64,000 nucleotides of DNA from an uncultured virus (IMG/VR IMGVR_UViG_3300042939_000937) (lineage: Duplodnaviria > Heunggongvirae > Uroviricota > Caudoviricetes): the IMG/VR virus record IMGVR_UViG_3300042939_000937; one strand, written 5' to 3'. The notes under the pieces were generated by a model, which worked only from the letters and a program-made list of their open reading frames with translations, made no database searches and was not told the origin of the DNA. A program made the translations under genes and the position numbers. Positions 45,205 through 53,899 of this stretch are shown in pieces (position 1 is the stretch's first letter; each line of letters starts with the position of its first letter).

Positions 45205-46560
45205 TCAGGAGTGCGCAGCCTTGTAAGCCTCGTAATCAGCCTTGAGGGCTTCGTGCTCGGCGGCGAGTTCTTTCAGAGCGTTAACAACCATTGGTAACAG
45301 CGCAGCAGCAGCAAAGGTATATTGCTCGGGGTCGTTTGTGCTAACGAGGCCCGTGTAAGGAGCGTCAAACTGTTCGGTAACGGCCAGAACTTCTTGAGCA
45401 ATGAAGCCAGATGCTTCCTTACCTTTATCAACCTCGATATTGCGAATATCCCACTTGAACTTACGGGGTTCGAGTGCTTTAATAAACTCGAGACCAAGAG
45501 GCAGGGGCTCAATGTCAGTCTTATCACGCTCGTCGGACACAAAGTTCCAAGCGCCAGCAGCACCTTGGAAACGAGCCGATACTGAACCATTCCAAATGGT
45601 AACTTCGTTTGAGACGGCACCTGAGCTGTGCTGGGATGCAACCCCGAGAGCGATGTTAACGCTACCGGTAGTTAAGTTGCACCCTGCTTTCCAACCCACT
45701 GCGGTATTGTAGCAGCCGTTATTTGCGACTAAAGCATCAACCCCGAGAGCAGTGTTTTGGAATCCAATGGTGTTTGCCGCCAGCGCACTGGCACCCATCG
45801 CCACGTTGTTGCCGCCGGTGGTGTTTGTCGTTAGGGCATTGGCCCCGAAGGCAGTGTTGTTGACTCCGGTGGTGTTGTTTTGCAATGCCAAATAACCGAA
45901 AGCGGAACCAGCAGCTCCCGTGCTATTTGCTTGCAAGCTTTGGAACCCTGTAGCGGTATTGTAGCTTGCGGTAGTGTTTGAGAAGAGTGACCTGAATCCC
46001 ACACCTACATTGCCTATGCCGCTAGTGTTTGCTATGAGAGAAGAAAAACCAATAGCAACGGAGCTGCTCCCAGTTGTGTTAGCAGCTAACGCTCCAATAC
46101 CAATTCCAATATTGCTGCATCCAGTCACGTTAGAGGATAAAGCCTCGGCCCCAATACCAATGTTTGAGCCTCCGGACGTATTGGAACAAAGGGCATTGCA
46201 CCCTATGCCAGTATTGTAGATTCCAGTGTTAACCAGAAGAGCATTACACCCAAGGCCAGCATTTTTTGCGTCAGTGCGACCAAGTAAGGAGCCCGCGACA
46301 GTCGGAGTGGCGGCGCTGGCTGTGGAAACCCATGCCGAACCATTCCACACTTTGAGAACGGGGGGTGTTGTATTAGTATCGTACCAGAGGGAACCGGAGA
46401 CAGGGGAAGTTGGAGCTGTGGTGCCTGAAGAGGGGCCGATGGTGGACCCGGCGGCGAAGTTGACGGTACCGCCGAACGTGGTCGAACCATCCGCATTCAG
46501 AGTGCCGTTGATTGTGCCGGAAGCGGGGTTTTGAAGATTTACAACTTTTAAAGTGCTCAT
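45205..46560 (-). CDS. Tail fibre with beta-roll repeats and C-terminal S74 chaperone
   Basis: NT.G..NTA.G..AL repeats; SDERDK...L.P..F.W...GFIAQE. Confidence 0.88.
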   Translation of the reverse strand: MSTLKVVNLQNPASGTINGTLNADGSTTFGGTVNFAAGSTIGPSSGTTAPTSPVSGSLWYDTNTTPPVLKVWNGSAWVSTASAATPTVAGSLLGRTDAKNAGLGCNALLVNTGIYNTGIGCNALCSNTSGGSNIGIGAEALSSNVTGCSNIGIGIGALAANTTGSSSVAIGFSSLIANTSGIGNVGVGFRSLFSNTTASYNTATGFQSLQANSTGAAGSAFGYLALQNNTTGVNNTAFGANALTTNTTGGNNVAMGASALAANTIGFQNTALGVDALVANNGCYNTAVGWKAGCNLTTGSVNIALGVASQHSSGAVSNEVTIWNGSVSARFQGAAGAWNFVSDERDKTDIEPLPLGLEFIKALEPRKFKWDIRNIEVDKGKEASGFIAQEVLAVTEQFDAPYTGLVSTNDPEQYTFAAAALLPMVVNALKELAAEHEALKADYEAYKAAHS

Positions 46561-46618
46561 TGCGAATATGAAAAAGGAAGACTTGCTGAAAGGGTTTTAC
46601 CCGGTTTGCAAAGCAAAC

Positions 46619-47344
46619 TCAGACGATCGACCATGCCTGGCCAGTTGGTACGGTCACAGTGATGCCCGTATTGATTGTAATCGGACCTGCCGACATTGCG
46701 TTCTTTGCCAGAGGTGTCGACGGCAACGTATAGTTTGTCGTAACAATCTGACTGTTTAAGTAGAAAATCTTGTCGTTGGCACCACCTGTGGGTTGCCCAC
46801 CAAGCGATTGCCAGGATGCGGGGCTCCCGCTAAAACCCTCAAACTCGTTGTTGGTGGTGTTATACCGAACCATGCCCACCGTGCCAGCCGGTTTCACACC
46901 GTCGGCGCCAGCCGGGAGCTGAATGGCCGAGGTCAAGGTGTTGGAATAGGCCAGGCCAGATGTGGATCCCGAGTTAGCCACCAGAACGGCAGTGTCCGTC
47001 CCTGCGTTAAGCAACACATCGGTGTTGACCCCTGTGCCAACAATCAGTTGGCCTTTGGCAGTCCAGGGGATGCCGTCGGAATCTGACCAGGTTAAGCCAC
47101 CAGCGCCATCACTGGTGAGTTGAGAGCCAGCGGTGCCAGCAGTCCCGGGCCAAGTATATGCGTTGTATGCTGCTGGATTATTGGTTTTAATAAAACTGTT
47201 GAAAGCTGGCCCGGTGTCGACAGAAAGAACGCCTGTTCCACTGACGGCAAGGCCGGAGCCTGCGGTGAATCCCTGGACTTGTCCCGCTAAAACTGTACCA
47301 AGAGCGGGATTTCCTGAAATTAGTTGTGCACGTGTAAGAGCAAT
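46619..47344 (-). CDS. Structural/fibre-associated protein, 241 aa, probable ATT start
   Basis: Frame open 109 codons upstream of the track start, to (I)ALTRAQL; C-terminal NAMSAGPITI...VTVP.G..WSIV. Confidence 0.7.
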   Translation of the reverse strand: MALTRAQLISGNPALGTVLAGQVQGFTAGSGLAVSGTGVLSVDTGPAFNSFIKTNNPAAYNAYTWPGTAGTAGSQLTSDGAGGLTWSDSDGIPWTAKGQLIVGTGVNTDVLLNAGTDTAVLVANSGSTSGLAYSNTLTSAIQLPAGADGVKPAGTVGMVRYNTTNNEFEGFSGSPASWQSLGGQPTGGANDKIFYLNSQIVTTNYTLPSTPLAKNAMSAGPITINTGITVTVPTGQAWSIV

Positions 47345-47386
47345 GACCGTAATCCAAACTCGATACCTGTTTTTACCCTCTACTCT

Positions 47387-47878
47387 TTAAACAATAACGC
47401 TCGAGATAGCATAGAAGGTTGTGCCAATTAAAGGAGCAGCGGTGAACGTTACGGTGTTACCAGACACGGAATAACTTGCTGTCGGGGTTTGTGGGACACC
47501 TCCCAAGAAAATCACAACGTTGGTAGAGGGAACGGGCGTGAATGGGTTTGCGGTCCCAGCATACACCAGAGTGAACGAAATATTGGTTCCATCGAACGGT
47601 TCCAGAAGACCGAGAATCTCCAGATTTGTTGCTGCAGGGACAGCCCAGCTCAGGTTACCGGCACCATCTGTGGTAAGCTGACGATTGGCAACACCATCCG
47701 TCGCAGGCCACTGGTACGTATTGAAAGCACCCTGATTGGTAACACCAAGAGAAACCGTTGTCGGCACGGCATTCCACTTGTTGTTCCCCATGTAGACATA
47801 CTGGGAGACTCCGGCCAAACCGGGATCGGGCGGATACAGGTCGCCGATTGCAGGAGCGGCAGGAAAGACGAGGGCCAT
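47387..47878 (-). CDS. Structural protein sharing N- and C-terminal modules with 43562-44932
   Basis: FP..P..G..YP; FDGT...FTL...GGVPQ.P...YSVSG..V.F..AP. Confidence 0.75.
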   Translation of the reverse strand: MALVFPAAPAIGDLYPPDPGLAGVSQYVYMGNNKWNAVPTTVSLGVTNQGAFNTYQWPATDGVANRQLTTDGAGNLSWAVPAATNLEILGLLEPFDGTNISFTLVYAGTANPFTPVPSTNVVIFLGGVPQTPTASYSVSGNTVTFTAAPLIGTTFYAISSVIV

Positions 47879-47908
47879 ATTTTGCTGCGCAAAATGCTAT
47901 AATAGGTT

Positions 47909-48706
47909 TTACCCTTTTGCCCAGAACTCCAAATTTTTGGAAGACCAAAAATCATAGCATTCCTCACCAAGAACTTCCCACGCTGGCGGCGACGTTCGCT
48001 TGAGTTCGGGTTTCACATCGTGCAACCCTGGCATGCCATACACAGAGTCGTTTTCTGGATTCGGATTCTTAAGATCAGTTGTGGCAGGAGCCCATTGGGC
48101 AACATCCAGGTAAGTGCAAATAAGACCCATTGTCTCTTTGGGTTTGCTCACAACGTCGTCGTACTCAAGTAGCAAGAAGCACTCGGGATTCTCTTCGTAA
48201 CCGGTCTTAAACCATTTCCAGCTTGAGTAGACGTATTTTTCCCAGATGACTCTGGAAAGGGTCCACGGATTTGATTCTCGATTCATCCTGCGAACTTCAT
48301 CCTCAATCTTCGACTGCTTTCCGATTTTTTGGGATAGGAGGATGAACGACGCGAGTATCTCGGGGATGGGCCGAACCGGAGACAGAATCTGTGGGTCTCT
48401 CCCTGTGAGTTTCCGAGCGAGTTCGACATTCTTGGCCCACCCTCGGTCCTTCTCAATAACGATTTCTTCCTTGATATTCTCGTACGCCCCATACAAAATC
48501 CCTTTGGCAATCCCCCAAACCGGCGAAGCCGGATCTTTTATGTCAAAGTATGGCGATTCCCCAAGGTTGTACCTTAGGGCATAGTTAATCAAGTCCCGAA
48601 CGCAACTGGTGCGCGTAGGATGCAGATCAGGATGCTGAGACAGCAACGTGCCAAGGACTGTGGATCCTGTGCGAGGCAATCCAGAGAGAAAAGCAAATCT
48701 ATCCAT
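47909..48706 (-). CDS. Sulfotransferase family protein
   Basis: 5'-PSB loop SGLPRTGSTVL..LL.QHP; EKDRGW; VR...ILASF. Confidence 0.88.
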   Translation of the reverse strand: MDRFAFLSGLPRTGSTVLGTLLSQHPDLHPTRTSCVRDLINYALRYNLGESPYFDIKDPASPVWGIAKGILYGAYENIKEEIVIEKDRGWAKNVELARKLTGRDPQILSPVRPIPEILASFILLSQKIGKQSKIEDEVRRMNRESNPWTLSRVIWEKYVYSSWKWFKTGYEENPECFLLLEYDDVVSKPKETMGLICTYLDVAQWAPATTDLKNPNPENDSVYGMPGLHDVKPELKRTSPPAWEVLGEECYDFWSSKNLEFWAKG

Positions 48707-49346
48707 TTGCCTTTAGCTGGGTAAGAACCTTATCGAAACTGTTCGTGTACTCGATGGAATCTTGGCGATAGGCAGTGTGTTTGTAGCTAACTAGAATCTC
48801 AATACCGTTCTCGCGAAGATGGTGGGCGAGAATCTCGGAGGGATCAAAGTATGCTGCGTAGATGTCGCCGGATTGCAGGATGAGCTTAACTTCGGAGTTT
48901 CGGTAGGATATAGTAGGGTGGGTTTGGCAAAGCCGATCAACTGCGTGCGGACTTAGATAGAGAAAGTCGAGAGAGGCATTCTGAACTTTAATCTCTTGGC
49001 CGTTGTCTTGCAATCGAGCAATCTCTCCGAGTTTAATCTGGAATCCACCGCGAGTGGCTACAGGGATGGCGACAGCGTCTTTATCGCTATTTACCAACGC
49101 AACCAGCGACTCGGCACTCCAGGATACTCGGGGTGACACGCAGAGGAAGCCATCGAGCTTTTCTCGCCACGCTAAGGTGACGGCTTGGTTAAAGGCCATC
49201 GACCAGTTGCCGTCTGCGTCGAAGAATACTGGGAACAACTCAATGTTGTTGGCAAGGCCGAGTTTGGTACTTTGAACGAGGGACGAACAAAAAGGGGCGA
49301 CGCAATGGTCGCCCTCGGTGATTACCGCAAGTAAGATGCGTTTCAT
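48699..49346 (-). CDS. Degenerate GT-A-fold glycosyltransferase-like protein
   Basis: GT2-like layout, but DxD replaced by VSP. Confidence 0.45.
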   Translation of the reverse strand: MKRILLAVITEGDHCVAPFCSSLVQSTKLGLANNIELFPVFFDADGNWSMAFNQAVTLAWREKLDGFLCVSPRVSWSAESLVALVNSDKDAVAIPVATRGGFQIKLGEIARLQDNGQEIKVQNASLDFLYLSPHAVDRLCQTHPTISYRNSEVKLILQSGDIYAAYFDPSEILAHHLRENGIEILVSYKHTAYRQDSIEYTNSFDKVLTQLKANG

Positions 49347-49351
49347 TGCAA

Positions 49352-50281
49352 TTAGCCGAAACCTTTCTTGGGTGTGTTGGATTGGGCTTCGAGGGAGGCG
49401 ATGATTTGGTCGATGTTGTAGAGGTCTTTCAGGTCTTCTTCCTCGTAAGGCATCTCCTCGGGATTATTATCGAATTGATATCGAAAGAGGTAGGCGCCGG
49501 GCATTTCTTTGTTGGGTTTTTCCTTGGCCTGAATGTTGTCGTGAAGCGTATGTCCGAAAATAATAGGTGAGGTTGCGTTCCACAAAACTGTGGATTTCAG
49601 ACCGAGGCATGCGGCGCCATGCTGAAGGGAACTGTCAATAAGCAGACGCTTATCGGTTAGTTCAAGAAGGCCAATTAATTCCGTATTGCTCAAAGCCTCA
49701 TTGCGGACAAACACGTCAGGAATTTTCGGGGCTGCCGGTCTGCAAACTTGCATTACAAAGTGCGTCTTTTTAAAATGGTCAGCCACTTTACATGCTACGT
49801 CGAAGGGGAGATCCCTTGCCCAAGAATACGGACGTTCCGATGTAAAGAGGCCACCCGCGCTTTGAATAAGCAGAAAGGGTTTGCCCTCGAATTTTGGTTC
49901 GTAAAAGTTGCGAATCGCCTTTTTCTGTTCGGCGTTGATCTTCACATAGGGCTTTTCGCCACTATATTTCAAACCGTACATCTTACACCAGGTCTCAATC
50001 AGCGGCGACCGCTGCAGGATATGATCCGTATGGAAATACACTTCCTGAGCAAAGATGAGAGGATCTTTGCCCTCGATGTAAGTGTCATAGAAATATTGTG
50101 TTCCACCGAGAGGATACACCCGTTTTACTTCCGGCAATGCGGCAAACAATTCTGGCCAGGCCACCACACAAATCACATCGCGATTTGGGAAGTTATTTTT
50201 AAGAACCTTGACAGCAGCTGTCAAATAAAGGTGTTTTCCAAGACCTCCACTAATTTGCAGGATACAAGTTTCGTTTGCCAT
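49352..50281 (-). CDS. Glycosyltransferase (GT9-like, GT-B)
   Basis: GGLGK..., IDSSLQH.AA.LG..S.VLW..T.P..FG. Confidence 0.78.
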   Translation of the reverse strand: MANETCILQISGGLGKHLYLTAAVKVLKNNFPNRDVICVVAWPELFAALPEVKRVYPLGGTQYFYDTYIEGKDPLIFAQEVYFHTDHILQRSPLIETWCKMYGLKYSGEKPYVKINAEQKKAIRNFYEPKFEGKPFLLIQSAGGLFTSERPYSWARDLPFDVACKVADHFKKTHFVMQVCRPAAPKIPDVFVRNEALSNTELIGLLELTDKRLLIDSSLQHGAACLGLKSTVLWNATSPIIFGHTLHDNIQAKEKPNKEMPGAYLFRYQFDNNPEEMPYEEEDLKDLYNIDQIIASLEAQSNTPKKGFG

Positions 50282-50329
50282 GTTGTTGAGTTTGATAAAG
50301 GTATTTTAGCGTAAGCAGGTGTTAGTAAA

Positions 50330-51157
50330 CTATTCCACTCGAACGCGGTTTTCAGGTAAGCAAGGGTAGCCCCTTCGTTTTTGCATCCTAACCAAAACTG
50401 GAGCAGCATGGGCTCCCAGCTCTGGGTGGTCAGGATCAATATAACGTTGGGCGGTACTTATTTTACCGCCAATGCGACCCCCTAACACAGCATTTTTACT
50501 TTTGCCATCCTCTGTTTTTTCTTTGTGAAGTATCTTCCCAGTTCTTACAGCGAGGATGCTTTTTGCATCTTCTGTCTTTTGTTTGTGAATAACCTTTGCC
50601 CCCGCTTGCCCGCCTCGTGAGCACAGGTCTATAAAAATTCCGCTTTCTTTCCTGCTTTTTATGGACGCTTGGCCAGCTTTTACAGCGTGCTTGCTCTTGC
50701 CTTCTTCCGTCTTTTGTTCGTGTATAATTCGATTAAGCTCAACGCTGGCTTCGCTTCTCCCGTCGGGGAGTTTACGTTCGTGACTTTTTGCTCCGCCTCT
50801 TTGCCCCATCTTTATGGCGTGCTTACTTTTTCCCTCCTCATTTTTGTCCTTATGCAAGGTTTTAAGAGCCTTTTGATTTGCCTCAATTGAGAAAAACCCC
50901 CCGTAATGCTCATTCAAACAGTTAGGGTCATTTATGAAGTGTTTGATTATACGGTCTTCTACGAGTTCTGCTTCACGTTTATCGTCAAACCACTCCAGGA
51001 TTTGGATTTCGTGCTCATAAAACCTCCAAACCCATTTGTGAGTTTTTGGTGAGCCAAAATACGGTTTTCCGTTTTCTCTATGGGACCCAAAATAATACCA
51101 GGACATGCCCGGGAAAGTTATTTTATAGGTGTAGTATTTACCTATGCGATTAGTCAT
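50330..51157 (-). CDS. GIY-YIG-like homing endonuclease with KxExGKS repeats
   Basis: YYTYKITF...YFGSH...YFGSP...CLN. Confidence 0.8.
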   Translation of the reverse strand: MTNRIGKYYTYKITFPGMSWYYFGSHRENGKPYFGSPKTHKWVWRFYEHEIQILEWFDDKREAELVEDRIIKHFINDPNCLNEHYGGFFSIEANQKALKTLHKDKNEEGKSKHAIKMGQRGGAKSHERKLPDGRSEASVELNRIIHEQKTEEGKSKHAVKAGQASIKSRKESGIFIDLCSRGGQAGAKVIHKQKTEDAKSILAVRTGKILHKEKTEDGKSKNAVLGGRIGGKISTAQRYIDPDHPELGAHAAPVLVRMQKRRGYPCLPENRVRVE

Positions 51158-51223
51158 AATACTTTTGGCGATTTATGGGGAGGCAGGAAAACCGCCAGGA
51201 AAACCCACCCCCTTGCACAGGTT

Positions 51224-52951
51224 TTACCCTATGTTGGTGGTAACTCCTGTGATGACAATATAGTTGCTCGCCACCACAGTAAACTGCAACATGGTTACCT
51301 CAGCCAGCCCAGCCCCGGTAAATGGCGTAAAGTTCCCAAACTTCCACGAGTTGCCCCACGTAATTGTGTACGTAGAGAGAGGATCCTGAGTAATCAGCAA
51401 CGACCCCGTCTGTCCCGAAACCGCGTTCAGTGGATTCTGCACCGTGGTGTTACCATTTGTTGTCCACGCCCAATTCGTGTTATTCCCCGCAAAATCCATC
51501 ACCAGAATAAACGGTGCCGTAACGGTAGGAGTCTGGAAAGCGGCAAAAGGATTTGCGAGTCCCGTACTCGTAATCTGACCATATTGGTTCACAGCCAGAG
51601 TCGGAATCAATGCCGTGCCACCCACGTTGCCAGGAGTGATTGAGGGCACTGTTGTGAGAGAAACTGTGGCTGTTGTCGGAGTGCTCGTAACAGTCAGACC
51701 AGGCCCAGCCACCACAGACTGCAGTGTTCCTGTAGAGGTCCAGCCAATCGTTCCAGCAACATTGTCAAGTACCGTTAGAACTTGACCGTTGATGCCAGGG
51801 AAGGGCAGAGAGGGTGAGGCAAGAGCCGCAGGCCAGATATAGCCGTTAAAGGGGAAGGGATTATTTGACGCGATAAAATTCGAGCCCGGAACGCTAATCG
51901 TGCCATCAAATGCGATGTTCACGTTGGTTCCAGCACGCACACCCCCAAGACTCGTGCCTGTCGGAGGGAGCAGCCGAATAGTTCCGCTGGTTGAGATGGT
52001 ATTCCCTGTTGCGGGAGATCCCAATCCTTCGCCCGCAGTCACCGCAGTCACCGTCCCGTTGGCACTCGTTGAGAGAACACCGCTACTATTGATGGAGAGG
52101 CCAGGGCCAACCTGAACCACTCCCAACGACGAAGTCGTTGCTTTCGGCAACGCCACTCCGGGGAATGTCTGTCCGTTGGCAAACGTAATGATCCCAGTCA
52201 TCACTCCGCCAGTTTTCGGCAGAGCGGCATTTGCTGTGACTTGGGCGTTGGTACCAGCAAGGAACGCTGTGCGAGCAGCAGTCTGAGTAGCGGCAACGGT
52301 GCTATCGTTGATTGCAACCGAGTCCGAAAGTTGGACTAGGCCAGGTGCCAGCAGGGTAGCAACTTTCGCCGCCAGCGTCGCAGGCGTAATTGTCTTTGTG
52401 GCATTGGTTCCGGCAATAACTTCGGAACCTGTAGCCAGTTGAGAACCACCAATGTCAGTCGTGGTCGCTTGTGCCAACGAAATGGAACCGCCGACAACGT
52501 TGATTCCACCAGAAGGTTGAACAACAACGCCACCCAATTGCGTGGTTGATGCCGGGTTAAGGTTGATGAATACGTTGGGGCCGGGGCCACCACCGGTCAG
52601 TCCCGAACCGGTTGTGATCGAGGAGACGGTACCTGTATTCGGAGGGAGTGCGGAGAGAACCCCATTGGCATCCACCAAAAGGTTCGCCCCGACTTTGATT
52701 CCCCCGAGCGACACGTTCGTGGCGGGGACCAGATTGATCGTTCCGGTGGTTGTAATGGTGCCCCCGGAAAGGCCCACTCCAGCGGTAACTTGAGAAACAG
52801 TACCCGCCAATGCGGAGGCGACAACTAGAGTTCCATCGGGGGTTACAGCAACACCGGAACCTAGGACAAGGGAACCGCTGGGCGTAGAGATGCTATAGGT
52901 TTGCGGAGAGTAGAAGGGGGAATTCGGAATAGGATCTAGGATCGAAGCCAT
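51224..52951 (-). CDS. Tail fibre protein
   Basis: PIPNSPFYSP N-terminus; LGG(I/V).VG repeats. Confidence 0.8.
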   Translation of the reverse strand: MASILDPIPNSPFYSPQTYSISTPSGSLVLGSGVAVTPDGTLVVASALAGTVSQVTAGVGLSGGTITTTGTINLVPATNVSLGGIKVGANLLVDANGVLSALPPNTGTVSSITTGSGLTGGGPGPNVFINLNPASTTQLGGVVVQPSGGINVVGGSISLAQATTTDIGGSQLATGSEVIAGTNATKTITPATLAAKVATLLAPGLVQLSDSVAINDSTVAATQTAARTAFLAGTNAQVTANAALPKTGGVMTGIITFANGQTFPGVALPKATTSSLGVVQVGPGLSINSSGVLSTSANGTVTAVTAGEGLGSPATGNTISTSGTIRLLPPTGTSLGGVRAGTNVNIAFDGTISVPGSNFIASNNPFPFNGYIWPAALASPSLPFPGINGQVLTVLDNVAGTIGWTSTGTLQSVVAGPGLTVTSTPTTATVSLTTVPSITPGNVGGTALIPTLAVNQYGQITSTGLANPFAAFQTPTVTAPFILVMDFAGNNTNWAWTTNGNTTVQNPLNAVSGQTGSLLITQDPLSTYTITWGNSWKFGNFTPFTGAGLAEVTMLQFTVVASNYIVITGVTTNIG

Positions 52952-52981
52952 CTCTACGACCAACGGGCAATATACATGGTT

Positions 52982-53800
52982 TTACCCTACCTGCCTACGA
53001 TTCTCTTTGCCGTAAGGGTATCCCCTTCGTTTCTGCATTTGGGCAAGCGTGGGAGCAGAATGCTCCCCGAGTTCAGGGTGATCCGGATCTATCCACTTTT
53101 GGCTGTTAATTGAAGCTACGGTTATTTGACCTCCCTTTTTACAGTTTTCTATCCTCTCCTGCGAGTTTAAATAATCCGGCGACAAAATACCTGACTGTCG
53201 CTCTGCTGTTTTCTTACCTCCCCGTTCCCCTCCCCGTCTGCAATCCTCTACCCGCTTCTCTGAAAACTTATAGTCAGGGTTGTGCATCCCTGCTTGCAAT
53301 TCCACACATTTTCTCCCAGACTTTCTTTTGTCTTCCCCGCACTTCTCCGAGGACAAATAGTCACTAGATAAAAAACCCCTCCCTAGTGTTACATTACCTC
53401 TACCGCTTACCTTCCCCCCTTTACTTCTGGAGGAGTTAGGGACTTTCTGGGCTGCCTCCGACTGACAGTTCGGATTCTTTTCTACCCTGGCTTGGAAAGC
53501 CCTCTTCTGCGCCTCAATAAACCATCGGTCACAGAGTTCCAGGTACTCGGGATAATGGGCCTCAATCAGAGCTCGATCTGTTTTACGTCGATAACCGTGG
53601 AAGCAAACTTGATCTAAATCCTCGCTCTGCAAGAACCCGTGTACCGCATGGTCTCTCGACCAGAGTCTGGCGGTTTCTGTTCCGTTACGGCATTCGGGTT
53701 CGGGGTAATGCGCATCTTCCCAGTGTTCTCCTTCCGGCAAAGGTTCAAACCGGTACTTAATGAGACACTGCTCAATCCACTCGTGCTGACACGTAATCAT
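52982..53800 (-). CDS. HNH-like homing endonuclease
   Basis: EDAHYP.P.C..G.....L...DHAVHG; C-terminal DPDHPELG module. Confidence 0.7.
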   Translation of the reverse strand: MITCQHEWIEQCLIKYRFEPLPEGEHWEDAHYPEPECRNGTETARLWSRDHAVHGFLQSEDLDQVCFHGYRRKTDRALIEAHYPEYLELCDRWFIEAQKRAFQARVEKNPNCQSEAAQKVPNSSRSKGGKVSGRGNVTLGRGFLSSDYLSSEKCGEDKRKSGRKCVELQAGMHNPDYKFSEKRVEDCRRGGERGGKKTAERQSGILSPDYLNSQERIENCKKGGQITVASINSQKWIDPDHPELGEHSAPTLAQMQKRRGYPYGKENRRQVG

Positions 53801-53899
53801 AATACTGTTGGCGGTTGGGAGGGCAAGTGTGTGTCCCGAGCCGCCAAGCCCATTCACACACTCACCCGATTGATTATACCTTTTCGTTTACGTAGTAAA

